Virus record (IMG/VR): IMGVR_UViG_3300043493_000130
Coordinates: 4,348-68,347 of that record
Source of the DNA: a virus
Lineage: Duplodnaviria; Caudoviricetes
DNA length: 64,000 nt
Reading direction: 5' to 3' (one strand)
In this document: piece by piece, positions 18,476 to 27,228 of the stretch
How positions within the stretch are numbered: the first letter of the stretch is position 1
Layout of the letters: the number at the start of each line of letters is the position of its first letter
Notes under the pieces: generated by a model
Database searches by the model: none
What the model saw: only the letters and a program-made list of their open reading frames with translations
Told to the model about the DNA's origin: nothing
Program-made: the position numbers and the translations under genes

Positions 18476-19294
18476 TCACGCGGCTTTTGCCGCGCGCCGC
18501 TTGGCGTTAAGTTTTTGCATGCGTTCGCGGGAACGTTGGGCATGTGCCTTAGCGAATTCTGGATTGGCGTGAAGCTTCCGCATACGTTCGGATTGTGCTT
18601 TGACAAACTCTGGGGCTGTAAAGCGCTTCTTCGCGCGCTCATAATTTGCTTTGGCGAATTCTGGATTAGCATTTCGGTCGCGTAGGCGGTCGATATTTGC
18701 TTTGGCGAACTCTTGGTCCGCATTAAGCTTGCGTAACTGTTCGCGTCCTCGTTCGGCATGCATTTTGACAAGTTCCTGGTCGGCATGAAGCTTACGAAGA
18801 CGGTTGTCTCGCGCTGTGGCGAATGTTGGATCAGCATGAAGTTTCTGCATGCGTTTGGTATGTGCTTTGGCAAACTCTGGGTTTGTAAAACGCTTTTCAG
18901 CATTTCTCTTGGAGAATCCGGGGGTGGTGTTGAGCTTTCGCATGTGTTCACTAGCAGCCAAACATCCAGTCGCGCCTTCACCACCATCGGTAAGATTGCA
19001 CAGTGGACCCGTGCTAAGATCTCGCCGGCCGTATTGCGCAATCAATTCGATTTCCCGTTGGAAGGCGGCTGCTTCAACGGTGAAGTGGCTATCAATTTGG
19101 CTTATTGGCTCTAGCCAAGCATCGGCGATCTTGTTTAGCACCCGTTTGATCAACGGGTTGATGTGATTCTTGGCATTGCGCCAGTGGAAGTGCACGCGCG
19201 ATCCGTGCCCTTTACCGATGTAGAACGGCTGTGAGTTCTTGCCGGGCCGCGGGTCGCGTAGGATATAGACGTAAAATTGTCGGGCTTTGCTCAT
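18476..19294 (-). CDS. GIY-YIG homing endonuclease with repeated C-terminal DNA-binding helices
   Basis: FYVYILRDPR...PFYIGKG..SR, E..LI...G, LCNLTDGGEG; repeated xPEFAKA units; AT-richer than flanks and antisense. Confidence 0.88.
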   Translation of the reverse strand: MSKARQFYVYILRDPRPGKNSQPFYIGKGHGSRVHFHWRNAKNHINPLIKRVLNKIADAWLEPISQIDSHFTVEAAAFQREIELIAQYGRRDLSTGPLCNLTDGGEGATGCLAASEHMRKLNTTPGFSKRNAEKRFTNPEFAKAHTKRMQKLHADPTFATARDNRLRKLHADQELVKMHAERGREQLRKLNADQEFAKANIDRLRDRNANPEFAKANYERAKKRFTAPEFVKAQSERMRKLHANPEFAKAHAQRSRERMQKLNAKRRAAKAA

Positions 19295-19414
19295 ATTTGG
19301 GCGCCTCCTATTCATGTGTATATGTCGCATAGCGGCTTCAGCCGGGGTTGCTTTGGGATGCCAAAGATTTGCTTACCCATGCCAAACCCGCTCAATGTGC
19401 GCTAAGGTTGAGCC

Positions 19415-19948
19415 ATGGCCAGTGACGATCCCCGCCTCGCCGCCTATGCCTTTGCGAAGGTGCATGCCGCCGTCGATGGTGCGTTCCCCGAGTCGCTGAC
19501 GTGGGGGTGGTTTTCAGCTAGCTGGCAGCTTTGCGCGGATCACATCGGGCTCGTCTATCCGGCGCGCGAGATTCGCGAAGAGGTCCACGTCGATCCACGC
19601 ACCGGCGTGATACACCTGTCGCACGAGCCGACCGGCGCCGTGCAGTTCTTCGCGGGCGGACGGCTGGTGGCGACGCTGCCGCCGAATTCGCCGTGCTTCG
19701 GGCCGGAGCGCTATCGTCACACACTGTGCTGCCCGGCGCTGTGCTGCTATTGCGGCAGCTTGCGCGCGCACTATCAGGCGGGCGAGGATTTCGGTTGCGG
19801 CGAGGTCCCGCCAGGCTTCGTCATGGCGGTGGCGCGGGTCTTTGCCTACGTCGCCGAAAACCGAGGCGATGTGGGGCAAGAGCCGAACATACTCGGGCGG
19901 TGCGGGGCGCTCGCCTTCCTATCCTCGCGAACGACTTATGTCGCGTAA
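19415..19948 (+). CDS. Head-tail connector (gp6-like)
   Basis: YQAG...VPPGFVMAVARVFAYVAENRGD pattern typical of connectors. Confidence 0.7.
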   Translation: MASDDPRLAAYAFAKVHAAVDGAFPESLTWGWFSASWQLCADHIGLVYPAREIREEVHVDPRTGVIHLSHEPTGAVQFFAGGRLVATLPPNSPCFGPERYRHTLCCPALCCYCGSLRAHYQAGEDFGCGEVPPGFVMAVARVFAYVAENRGDVGQEPNILGRCGALAFLSSRTTYVA

Positions 19949-19995
19949 GGCGGGCTTGCTTTCCGGCGCCCTCGGCGGCAACATTCCAAGCGATA

Positions 19996-20083
19996 GGCAC
20001 GGCAAGGCGAGGCAGGCGAGGCAAGGCCGGGCGGCGCGAGGCGCGGCCCGGCACGGCGAGGCCCGGCAAGGCACGGCAGGCAA
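19996..20083 (+). repeat. Degenerate GGCNN pentanucleotide tract
   Basis: ggcac ggcaa ggcga ggca ggcga ggcaa ggccg ... Confidence 0.85.
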
Positions 20084-20132
20084 TGGACACGGGGACGGTG
20101 CGAGAAGCCCGTCCCCGTGTTATTGTTGAGCG

Positions 20133-20675
20133 ATGGCGGAACCGCTGAAAATTGAATACTGGTCAATCGGCAAATTGCTGCCGTATGCCGCCAACGCGCG
20201 CACGCACTCGCCCGCGCAAGTCGAGCAGATCGCGGCCAGCATGACGGAATTTGGCTTCACGGTGCCGTGCCTCGTCGACGCGCGGGGCGAGCTCATCGCC
20301 GGCCACGGCCGGCTGCTCGCCGCCAAGCGGCTCGGCATGAGCGAGGTCCCGGTGGTCGTTCTCGGCCATCTGACCGAGCAGCAAACCCGCGCCTATCGTC
20401 TGGCCGACAATCAAATTGCGCTCAACAGCGATTGGGACACGACGCTGCTCCTCGCCGAGCTCGAGCGGCTCCGCGAGGAAGGAATTGACCCGCGGCTGCT
20501 CGGGTTTGACGACGACATCAGTGGGCTGCTCGCCAGCATCAACGATCCCGACGAGGTGCCCGAGCCGCCTGCTGTTCCGGTGTCGCGGCTGGGCGATCTC
20601 TGGCTGCTCGGCGCGCACGTGAGCTGCCCGAAGTGTGGGAAGCAATCCAAGCTTGAGAACGCGCTGCGCAAATGA
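20133..20675 (+). CDS. ParB/Srx-domain protein (N-terminal half of the usual ParB-MTase fusion) ending in CPKC
   Basis: YAANARTHS..QVEQIAASM.EFGF..P.LVD....IAGHGRL.AA; ends PVSRLGDLWLLG-AHVSCPKCG. Confidence 0.88.
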   Translation: MAEPLKIEYWSIGKLLPYAANARTHSPAQVEQIAASMTEFGFTVPCLVDARGELIAGHGRLLAAKRLGMSEVPVVVLGHLTEQQTRAYRLADNQIALNSDWDTTLLLAELERLREEGIDPRLLGFDDDISGLLASINDPDEVPEPPAVPVSRLGDLWLLGAHVSCPKCGKQSKLENALRK

Positions 20676-21583
20676 AAGTCTGTTGCGAGCATTGTCGGCA
20701 TGAGTTCGAGGCTGTTCCCGAGGGTGGCCATCGGCTGCTGGCGGGCGACAGCACCGACGCCGCTGCGGTGGCGAGGCTGATGCAGTCTGAGCGCGCCGTT
20801 CTCGTGTTCACGTCGCCGCCGTACGGGAGCCAACGGAACTACACGACCGGCGGCATTGCCGATTGGGACGCGCTCATGCGTGGAGTTTTTGGCGTGCTGC
20901 CGGTCACCGGCGCCGCGCAAGTCCTCGTCAATCTCGGCCTCGTGCACCGTGACAACGAGTGGCAGCCGTATTGGGAGGGCTGGCTCGATTGGATGAGCGA
21001 GCAACGTTGGCGACGTTTCGGGTGGTACGTTTGGGATCAGGGACCTGGATTGCCGGGCGATTGGAGCGGACGTTTTGCGCCGTCGTTCGAGTTCGTCTTC
21101 CACTTCAATCGCGAGGCACGCAAGCCAAACAAGATCGTGGAGTGTGTATGGGGGGGCACGGAGACGCATCTACGGAAGGACGGCAGCTCCACGGCGCTGC
21201 GCAAGGCCAGCGGCGAGGTTACTGAATGGTCGCATGCCGGCACCGCGACTCAGCCTTTCCGCATTCCGGACAGCGTTCTTCGATTCATGCGGCACAAGGC
21301 GCGCGGGATTGAGGTCGATCATCCAGCAGTGTTCCCGGTGGCGCTGCCGGAATTCATCATCTCGGCGTACTCGAATGCGGGCGAGATCGTTTATGAGCCA
21401 TTTGCCGGCAGCGGCACATCGATCGTCGCCGGTGAGCGCACGGGGCGCCGCGTGATGGCGATCGACATTGCGCCGCAATACGTCGACATTTCGATCATGC
21501 GCTGGCAGAACTTCACCGGCCGCACCGCCGTGCACGCCGACGGCTACCTGTTCTCGCGTGAAGCCGCGGCCGCTGTAGCATGA
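20672..21583 (+). CDS. DNA amino-methyltransferase (N6A/N4C, beta class) #1
   Basis: TSPPY; HPAVFP; VYEPFAGSGT; N-terminal CEHC. Confidence 0.92.
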   Translation: MKVCCEHCRHEFEAVPEGGHRLLAGDSTDAAAVARLMQSERAVLVFTSPPYGSQRNYTTGGIADWDALMRGVFGVLPVTGAAQVLVNLGLVHRDNEWQPYWEGWLDWMSEQRWRRFGWYVWDQGPGLPGDWSGRFAPSFEFVFHFNREARKPNKIVECVWGGTETHLRKDGSSTALRKASGEVTEWSHAGTATQPFRIPDSVLRFMRHKARGIEVDHPAVFPVALPEFIISAYSNAGEIVYEPFAGSGTSIVAGERTGRRVMAIDIAPQYVDISIMRWQNFTGRTAVHADGYLFSREAAAAVA

Positions 21584-22467
21584 CGAAGGGTCTCCCGTGC
21601 AAGTGCGAGCATTGCGGCACCGGGTTCGAAGCCGAGCCGCAAGGTGGTCACTGGTTGCTATGCGGCGATGCGACCAGCGCTGACGACGTCAAGCGCGTGC
21701 TCGGCGACGCGCAGCCGCACCTGATGGTGACAGATCCGCCGTATGGGGTTGATTACGATCCGGCATGGCGAAAGCGCGCGGGCGTCCATTTGAACAAGGC
21801 CAAGCTCGGTAAGGTGGCCAACGACGATCGCGCCGACTGGCACGAGGCGTGGGCGCTATTTTCTGGCGACGTGATCTATTGCTGGCACTCCCACCGATAC
21901 GCCGTTGTGGTGCATGATTCGCTCGAGGCCGCACGCTTCGATATCCGGGCTCAGATAATCTGGGCCAAGGACCGGTTAGTGTTGTCGCGTGGCGACTACC
22001 ATTGGCAGCACGAGGCGTGCTGGTACGCGGTACGCAAGGGGCGCACCGGGCATTGGGCAGGAGATCGTAGTCAAACAACGCTGTGGCCGATCAAGGCGCG
22101 CGAGGACGAGGGGCATGGCCACTCCACCCAAAAGCCGGCCGAGTGCATGAAGCGCCCGATCGAGAACAATTCGGCGCCGGGCCAGGCGGTGTACGATCCG
22201 TTCGTTGGCTCGGGCACGACCATCATCGCCGCCGAGATGACCGGCCGTGTCTGTCACGCCATCGAAATCGATCCCGCCTATGCCGATGTGGCGGTTCAGC
22301 GGTGGGCCAAGTTTGCAAACAAAATCGCGACCCTCGAAGCGACCGGACAGACATTCGAGCAGGTGATGCAGGAGCGCCAGCATGACGACTTGGCACCGCT
22401 TCGTGCGGCACGAGGCAGTCCGCGATTATCTTCTGCTGGGATGGATGCCGTTTCCACAGACGCTTGA
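21580..22467 (+). CDS. DNA amino-methyltransferase (beta class) #2
   Basis: TDPPY; HSTQKP; YDPFVGSGTT; N-terminal CEHC. Confidence 0.92.
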   Translation: MTKGLPCKCEHCGTGFEAEPQGGHWLLCGDATSADDVKRVLGDAQPHLMVTDPPYGVDYDPAWRKRAGVHLNKAKLGKVANDDRADWHEAWALFSGDVIYCWHSHRYAVVVHDSLEAARFDIRAQIIWAKDRLVLSRGDYHWQHEACWYAVRKGRTGHWAGDRSQTTLWPIKAREDEGHGHSTQKPAECMKRPIENNSAPGQAVYDPFVGSGTTIIAAEMTGRVCHAIEIDPAYADVAVQRWAKFANKIATLEATGQTFEQVMQERQHDDLAPLRAARGSPRLSSAGMDAVSTDA

Positions 22468-22612
22468 TGGCAGTCACCATGCGGACTGGTCTATACATCT
22501 CGGCTGGATATGCCGGTGCGTCATGGTGGAACCGGCTGGTCAGCCGCCGACCGGAAGGCGTGGGAACTTTGCTTGCGGGAGCGGAAGGGGAGAACTATTT
22601 TCGAGAACGTAG
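22382..22612 (+). CDS. Small Trp/His/Cys protein, paralog of 60951-61163
   Basis: RxVxH...DYxxLGW...HxxW...WxCxC..EP pattern shared with 60951-61163. Confidence 0.55.
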   Translation: MTTWHRFVRHEAVRDYLLLGWMPFPQTLDGSHHADWSIHLGWICRCVMVEPAGQPPTGRRGNFACGSGRGELFSRT

Positions 22613-22643
22613 CGTCCTAATCTCAAACGGAGGAAATCCGACA

Positions 22644-22748
22644 TGGCTAACCAACCCGACCCCAAGGACCCGCCCGATCCCCCGAAGCCAACCCCTCCCG
22701 GCCAGCCGCACGACCCGAGCAAGCCGGGCCAGCCGCAGCCGCGGTAGC
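22644..22748 (+). CDS. Tiny Pro-rich peptide
   Basis: GGAGG RBS; MANQPDPKDPPDPPKPTPPGQPHDPSKPGQPQPR. Confidence 0.5.
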
Positions 22749-22758
22749 GACTAGAACG

Positions 22759-22783
22759 AAAAACCCCGCCCGAGAGGGCGGGG
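22759..22783 (-). terminator. Rho-independent terminator between convergent genes
   Basis: aaaaa-ccccgccc-gaga-gggcgggg (U-tract on the minus strand). Confidence 0.75.
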
Positions 22784-22807
22784 CTTGCCGGCGGGAGGGG
22801 GGCGGGG

Positions 22808-23557
22808 CTAGAAATCTTTGGCGACCGGCGCCGGTCGCACCGCGCGAAGGATGGTGGCAAGGGCGGCCTGACATGTCTCGCGATACCAGGACCAATTATA
22901 TCCGCTATAGAAGTTGATACGCCGTTCGTTGCTGGCCCTCGCCCATATCTCCGTGGCAGGCAATGACGGGTCCTCGGCCAATACCTTCTTCTCGATCACG
23001 ACCATTGCCTCCCGAGCCCGTTCGACCTCGGTGTCGGTGACGTAGACCATCATGTAACCATCGCGCTGGTCGTGGCACTGTTTCACGATGACGTAACTAG
23101 CATAAGCCCTGTACAGTCGGTTGCGAGGCTTGGCTGCCTCGATGGCCTCGTTGACCGCGATGCGGCGGCGTTCCTCGGCGGCCTCCTGGCGCGCCAGTAC
23201 CCCGGCGGCCTGCTTGGCCGCGATGCTGCGGCGCCAGGCCGCCGCCCATTCGGGCAAGTGCGGGAAACAAATTGCCCTTACTGTGTCGTCGTCGCCTAGC
23301 TGGTCCCAGGCAGCTTGAACGTCTGCCAGCGGCGGCCCGCTGTGGCCCAGCGCCCGGTAATTGCGAAGCGTGGTGCTCCGCCAGTCGCCCACAGTGTGAA
23401 ACGCTAGATCTGCCTCGCGCCGCACATCGGGGTGTTTCAGCATGGCGGGACACTCCACCGCCAGCGCCCGTTCGGTGGATGATTGTTGAGCGGACACCGG
23501 TCCCAATGTCGCACCGATTAGACCCAGCGTGGCGAAGCCACCCATAAATCTGTTCAT
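22808..23557 (-). CDS. Secreted/periplasmic accessory (moron) protein
   Basis: Signal peptide MNRFMGGFATLGLIGATLGPVSA; GGGAG RBS; Cys pairs. Confidence 0.7.
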   Translation of the reverse strand: MNRFMGGFATLGLIGATLGPVSAQQSSTERALAVECPAMLKHPDVRREADLAFHTVGDWRSTTLRNYRALGHSGPPLADVQAAWDQLGDDDTVRAICFPHLPEWAAAWRRSIAAKQAAGVLARQEAAEERRRIAVNEAIEAAKPRNRLYRAYASYVIVKQCHDQRDGYMMVYVTDTEVERAREAMVVIEKKVLAEDPSLPATEIWARASNERRINFYSGYNWSWYRETCQAALATILRAVRPAPVAKDF

Positions 23558-23700
23558 TGGTATCTCCCTTTTCCGGTTTAGGGGCCCCGCGGGGTTGCGG
23601 CGCGCCCTCATGTGCCTTTGTCGCATTGAACCCGTGAGATATCTTGCGCGGCCGTGCCAAAGACTTGCGCAGGTGTGCCTGGGCAGCGTCAGGGGTCGCT

Positions 23701-23898
23701 TTATCTTTCCAGCTGGATCACGATTGGCGCGGGCGGGGTTTGCCCGATTTTGAATCCGATAAAGCCCGCGCCCGCGCCCGCGATGGCGGCGGTAGTCGCC
23801 ACGATCAAAAGGATTGCACGCGGGGTTTCCCAAAATACCCGTTTGCGCCGTAACAGCACGTCCAAGCGTAACAACTCTTGCTGCACTGCGTCGCTCAT
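23701..23898 (-). CDS. Small membrane protein
   Basis: Coiled N-terminus, W(E)TP, single TM. Confidence 0.65.
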   Translation of the reverse strand: MSDAVQQELLRLDVLLRRKRVFWETPRAILLIVATTAAIAGAGAGFIGFKIGQTPPAPIVIQLER

Positions 23899-23907
23899 GG
23901 GTCCTGA

Positions 23908-23990
23908 TCCTTCTTTTCCGGGTTTTGGGGCCAGCGGAATGCTTTGCCCTCTGACCCCTTGGCCCCGCCGAGGGGGCGGGGCGAGGGCAT
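23908..23990 (-). repeat. Leader repeat copy A (hairpin + GGAAAAGAAG RBS)
   Basis: ttcttttcc..ttggggcc.gcgg.atgc...ctgacccctt.gccccgccgagggggcggggcg shared with 24221-24296. Confidence 0.8.
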
Positions 23991-24014
23991 TGCCGGGGAA
24001 AAGCCTTGTGGGGG

Positions 24015-24212
24015 CTACAGACCCATAGCTTTAACGAAAGCTATTGCCGCTGCGAACAAAGCCGCTCCTGTGCCTATGAACGTCACTGCAATTTGCCAGA
24101 TGGCGTATCTTATTTCTTGCCGCTTGCGGTCATGGTCCGCCAGCATTTGATCGATGTGTGCGAGCTTTTCGCGCAAATCGATGCTGCCGGGATCGTAGGT
24201 GGGGCTAGTCAT
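24015..24212 (-). CDS. Small coiled-coil + TM protein (DHDRKRQE family)
   Basis: LREKLAHIDQMLADHDRKRQEIRYAIWQ + TM; paralogs at 48279 and 49159. Confidence 0.75.
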   Translation of the reverse strand: MTSPTYDPGSIDLREKLAHIDQMLADHDRKRQEIRYAIWQIAVTFIGTGAALFAAAIAFVKAMGL

Positions 24213-24220
24213 TCCGGTGC

Positions 24221-24296
24221 TTTCTTTTCCCTTGGGGCCGGCGGGATGCCGGCCCTTCTGACCCCTTAGCCCCGCCGAGGGGGCGGGGCGGGGCAG
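24221..24296 (-). repeat. Leader repeat copy B
   Basis: See copy A. Confidence 0.8.
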
Positions 24297-24335
24297 GCTA
24301 TTGGGAGCGAGGCTAGCCTAATTCCGGGGTGGCGC

Positions 24336-24611
24336 TTAGGCGAGTTTGTAGCTGGTCACATCGTCGGTGCGCGTGCGCTCGATCTTCATGCCCTGCTTGG
24401 AGCCAAGCCTGCTGATGCTGGCGCGGAGCGTGTGGGCCTGCCAGCCGAGTTTCTTCATCATCGCGGCGGCGGGCGCGCCCTTCTTGAGCATCGTGACCAG
24501 CATCTCGTTCTTGGTCCCGGTGCGCTTCGCCTTCGCGGGCGCGGCCGCGCGGCGGGCGGTCTTGGTCTTCGGGAGGATGGTGCCGTTGGCGCGGCGAGCG
24601 GTCTTGGTCAT
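24336..24611 (-). CDS. DUF3489-like small DNA-binding protein
   Basis: TKNEMLVTML..GA....M...LGWQAHTLRASIS.L. Confidence 0.75.
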   Translation of the reverse strand: MTKTARRANGTILPKTKTARRAAAPAKAKRTGTKNEMLVTMLKKGAPAAAMMKKLGWQAHTLRASISRLGSKQGMKIERTRTDDVTSYKLA

Positions 24612-24882
24612 GGGTGGGCCCTTTCGGTTTGGCGGGGCGGGCGCGCCCCGACGCCGCACACATCGCTCTGAAGCCCGCGCGCATCCACTCAATTGTGAGC
24701 AATTTCATTGCGATGATCACCGCCTTTCGATCATCATCAAACGACCAACTCGTGGGTGCGTCCTTAGCCAGCAGCACCCGTTTCCCTGTTTGCGCCAGTG
24801 TTCGCCAACGGCGCGCCGCTGGGCCGCCTGCCCCGCCCCTTTTGCTCTTTCGTGCCAAAGCCGGTGGCGCTAGGCTCGGCCA

Positions 24883-25356
24883 ATGCCCAGGATTGACCAA
24901 CGCGCGCAAGCCCGGCCGGCGCCTGACATCGGGAGCCTGCGCGAGATCGCGTGGGTCTGCACCACCGTCGAGCGCCCGGACCTCGGTGGCCCCTCGACTA
25001 TCGTCGAGCGCCCGGGCGTGATCAAAGTTCATGCGCGCGTGCGTCCGCTCAAGGGCACGCAGGTTCTCGATTGGAAGGCGGTGCTCGGGAGCGAGCAAGC
25101 GCCGACGCATGAGATCACGATCCGCATGCCGCCGGACGTTTCCGTCCAGCTCAACCATTGGGTCTTTTGCGAGGACCGGTATTCGAAAAGCTGGTATCGG
25201 ATTCGCACCGTTGAGGATATGGGCGGCGTGCGGCGTTTCCTGCTGCTGCTATGCTCGCTCGAAACATTCAACGACGCGCGGCTCGACCCGGCGACGCAAA
25301 AGCCGCCGCCGGTCTTTGAGGTCCCGGAGGGCAGCGACGTGGTGGAGTCGATCTGA
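24883..25356 (+). CDS. Head closure / head-tail adaptor (SPP1 gp16-like)
   Basis: GSLRE; VHARVRPLKG; THEITIR; WYRIRTVED. Confidence 0.75.
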   Translation: MPRIDQRAQARPAPDIGSLREIAWVCTTVERPDLGGPSTIVERPGVIKVHARVRPLKGTQVLDWKAVLGSEQAPTHEITIRMPPDVSVQLNHWVFCEDRYSKSWYRIRTVEDMGGVRRFLLLLCSLETFNDARLDPATQKPPPVFEVPEGSDVVESI

Positions 25357-25517
25357 TGGCCAGCGCGAAGCGCGGCATGCTGGTTGGTGCACCGCAATGG
25401 TGGAGGCACCTGCGTGCTTGGAAGCGCGTGTTTTGGAAGCGCCAACGCAAGGCCGAACAGCGAGAGATTGAGCGCGAGGTTCGCGACATCATCAACAAGG
25501 AAAGCACCAAAGCCTGA
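25356..25517 (+). CDS. Small basic Trp-rich protein (53 aa)
   Basis: Hand translation MASAKRGMLVGAPQWWRHLRAWKRVFWKRQR...; TGATG overlaps on both sides. Confidence 0.55.
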   Translation: MASAKRGMLVGAPQWWRHLRAWKRVFWKRQRKAEQREIEREVRDIINKESTKA

Positions 25518-25936
25518 TGGCGCTCGTCGGCCTCGAAATCACCATGAAGAATTTGCCGCGCCCGCTGCGCGACGAGCATGCTGTTACGGCGTGGATCGAA
25601 GCGCGCTTGAACGATGCTCGCAACACGTTCGTCCGCAATGTCTCGCGCGGCACCGGCGGGGGCCGAGTCTACAGCCGCGGGCGCCGCACTCACCGCGCCT
25701 CGGCGCCCGGCGAATATCCCGCGACCGATACCGGGCGCTTGGTCAATTCCGTGGATTATCGGATGGTATCGCCGACCGAGGGCGTGCTGTTCTCGGATAT
25801 CGACTATGCGGAATATCTCACCAAGGGCACGCGGCACATGGCGAAACGGAAGATGATGCGCGAGGCGGTCGAGGAGGCGCTTGCGTCGCGGCCGGTCCCC
25901 GCCGATCTCAAGGGCGCCGTGAAGTTGTCGGGGTAG
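25517..25936 (+). CDS. Neck / tail-completion protein (HK97 gp10-like)
   Basis: HRASAPGEYPATDTGRLVNS; YAEYLTKGTRHM. Confidence 0.8.
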   Translation: MALVGLEITMKNLPRPLRDEHAVTAWIEARLNDARNTFVRNVSRGTGGGRVYSRGRRTHRASAPGEYPATDTGRLVNSVDYRMVSPTEGVLFSDIDYAEYLTKGTRHMAKRKMMREAVEEALASRPVPADLKGAVKLSG

Positions 25937-25938
25937 CC

Positions 25939-26319
25939 ATGACGAGCTTTTGCCCCGCAACAATGTGTCCGCTATTCGCGGCCGATGGCTCGCCGTGGTC
26001 CGGCGATAAGAACTCGCCATGCCCGCAAGCTCGTCCGCTGCCGATGATCCCCGGCGGCGGCTGCGGCTGGTGGAAAGGCTTCGGCGGCTGCGGCTGCGAC
26101 GGCGCGAGCGCGGCACTCGACCAGATCGCCGAGGTCGAGCGCACGGGCGCGACCTTGCAGATTGGGCCCGTGCGGCAAAGGCGCCAGCGCGCCGCGCCGC
26201 GCGCCTTCGACTGTCCACGCGCCGAGGATTGCCAGTGGCAGCGCGAAGCCGGCGCCAGCCTATGCCCACCGCGTCTTGCCCTGGCAAAGGGCATCGACCC
26301 AAAAGCGTGTGCCTATTGA
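25939..26319 (+). CDS. Cys-rich hypothetical protein
   Basis: MTSFCPATMCPLF...CGWW...CGC...C.WQ...LCPP. Confidence 0.55.
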   Translation: MTSFCPATMCPLFAADGSPWSGDKNSPCPQARPLPMIPGGGCGWWKGFGGCGCDGASAALDQIAEVERTGATLQIGPVRQRRQRAAPRAFDCPRAEDCQWQREAGASLCPPRLALAKGIDPKACAY

Positions 26320-26917
26320 GGAAACCGACGTGCTCGCTCGTCCCGAATTCGTCTCGCTCTACGAATTGGTCACGCTCCGCATTCGCGCGGCCGGCACGGT
26401 GTTCGGCGACAACGTGAAGCTGGTGCTGCGGCAGCGCGAGGACGAGCATTGGAGCCGTCTCCCGCTGCCCTACCTGCTGGTGGTGCCGACCGTGACGCGG
26501 CCGGAGCCCGTGCGCCCGCACAGCGAGGACGACGACACGATCGTGGTCCCGCGATCAGTGACGCTCATCGCGCAGCTCGACGGCCGCGGCTCGGAGGCCG
26601 AGCACGCCGCGGCGGCGGACATCGAGCTTGCCGAACGGCAGTTGATTTTCGCGCTGGTCAATTGGCGGCCGACGGAGTGCTACAAGGCGACGATGTATGC
26701 CGGTATGCGCCTCGCCGGCTCGCGCCTGCCGGACGTCAAGACGTCATTCGTTTTCATCTTTCCGGAAGAGATCGGCCTCCCGGACCAGACGGTCGGGCTC
26801 GACGAGCTTGAGCTCGACCGCTTTGTGGTAAATTTCAGCGCCGGCTGCTGCCCGCCCGATGAGCCGGTGGTCGGCGAGGTCCCGCCGGTTTGCGTCACAC
26901 CCAACAGGAGGATTTGA
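26309..26917 (+). CDS. Probable tail terminator
   Basis: Position before the sheath; LPYLLVVP motif; beta-rich. Confidence 0.6.
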   Translation: MPIEETDVLARPEFVSLYELVTLRIRAAGTVFGDNVKLVLRQREDEHWSRLPLPYLLVVPTVTRPEPVRPHSEDDDTIVVPRSVTLIAQLDGRGSEAEHAAAADIELAERQLIFALVNWRPTECYKATMYAGMRLAGSRLPDVKTSFVFIFPEEIGLPDQTVGLDELELDRFVVNFSAGCCPPDEPVVGEVPPVCVTPNRRI

Positions 26918-26918
26918 A

Positions 26919-27146
26919 ATGGCAAAAGAACCAGTGAAGGCGAAGCGCCATCCGCCGGTGCTTCCAGCGTATCACATGCTTGTCCGCGCCCGCGGCAAGG
27001 CGACGGTCTACACCAACGACGGCACGTTGATTTCCAACGAGACGTGGACCCCGGTTCCGATCTCGCCGGAGATCATCATGGCGATCAAAGGCGGCGACCT
27101 GGAGGAAGGCGAGGCGGTCGAGAAAGTGGACACCGTCGCAGCTTAA
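26919..27146 (+). CDS. Small protein upstream of sheath (Mu gp38-like position)
   Basis: GGAGG RBS; V.......I..GDL pattern; synteny. Confidence 0.5.
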   Translation: MAKEPVKAKRHPPVLPAYHMLVRARGKATVYTNDGTLISNETWTPVPISPEIIMAIKGGDLEEGEAVEKVDTVAA

Positions 27147-27228
27147 AGGGACCTAGCCGACCGGCCCGGTCTTATATACACTCACCTGCGGTGAGGCGCG
27201 CCCGGCTCTAGCATAGGGGCGCCTTACC

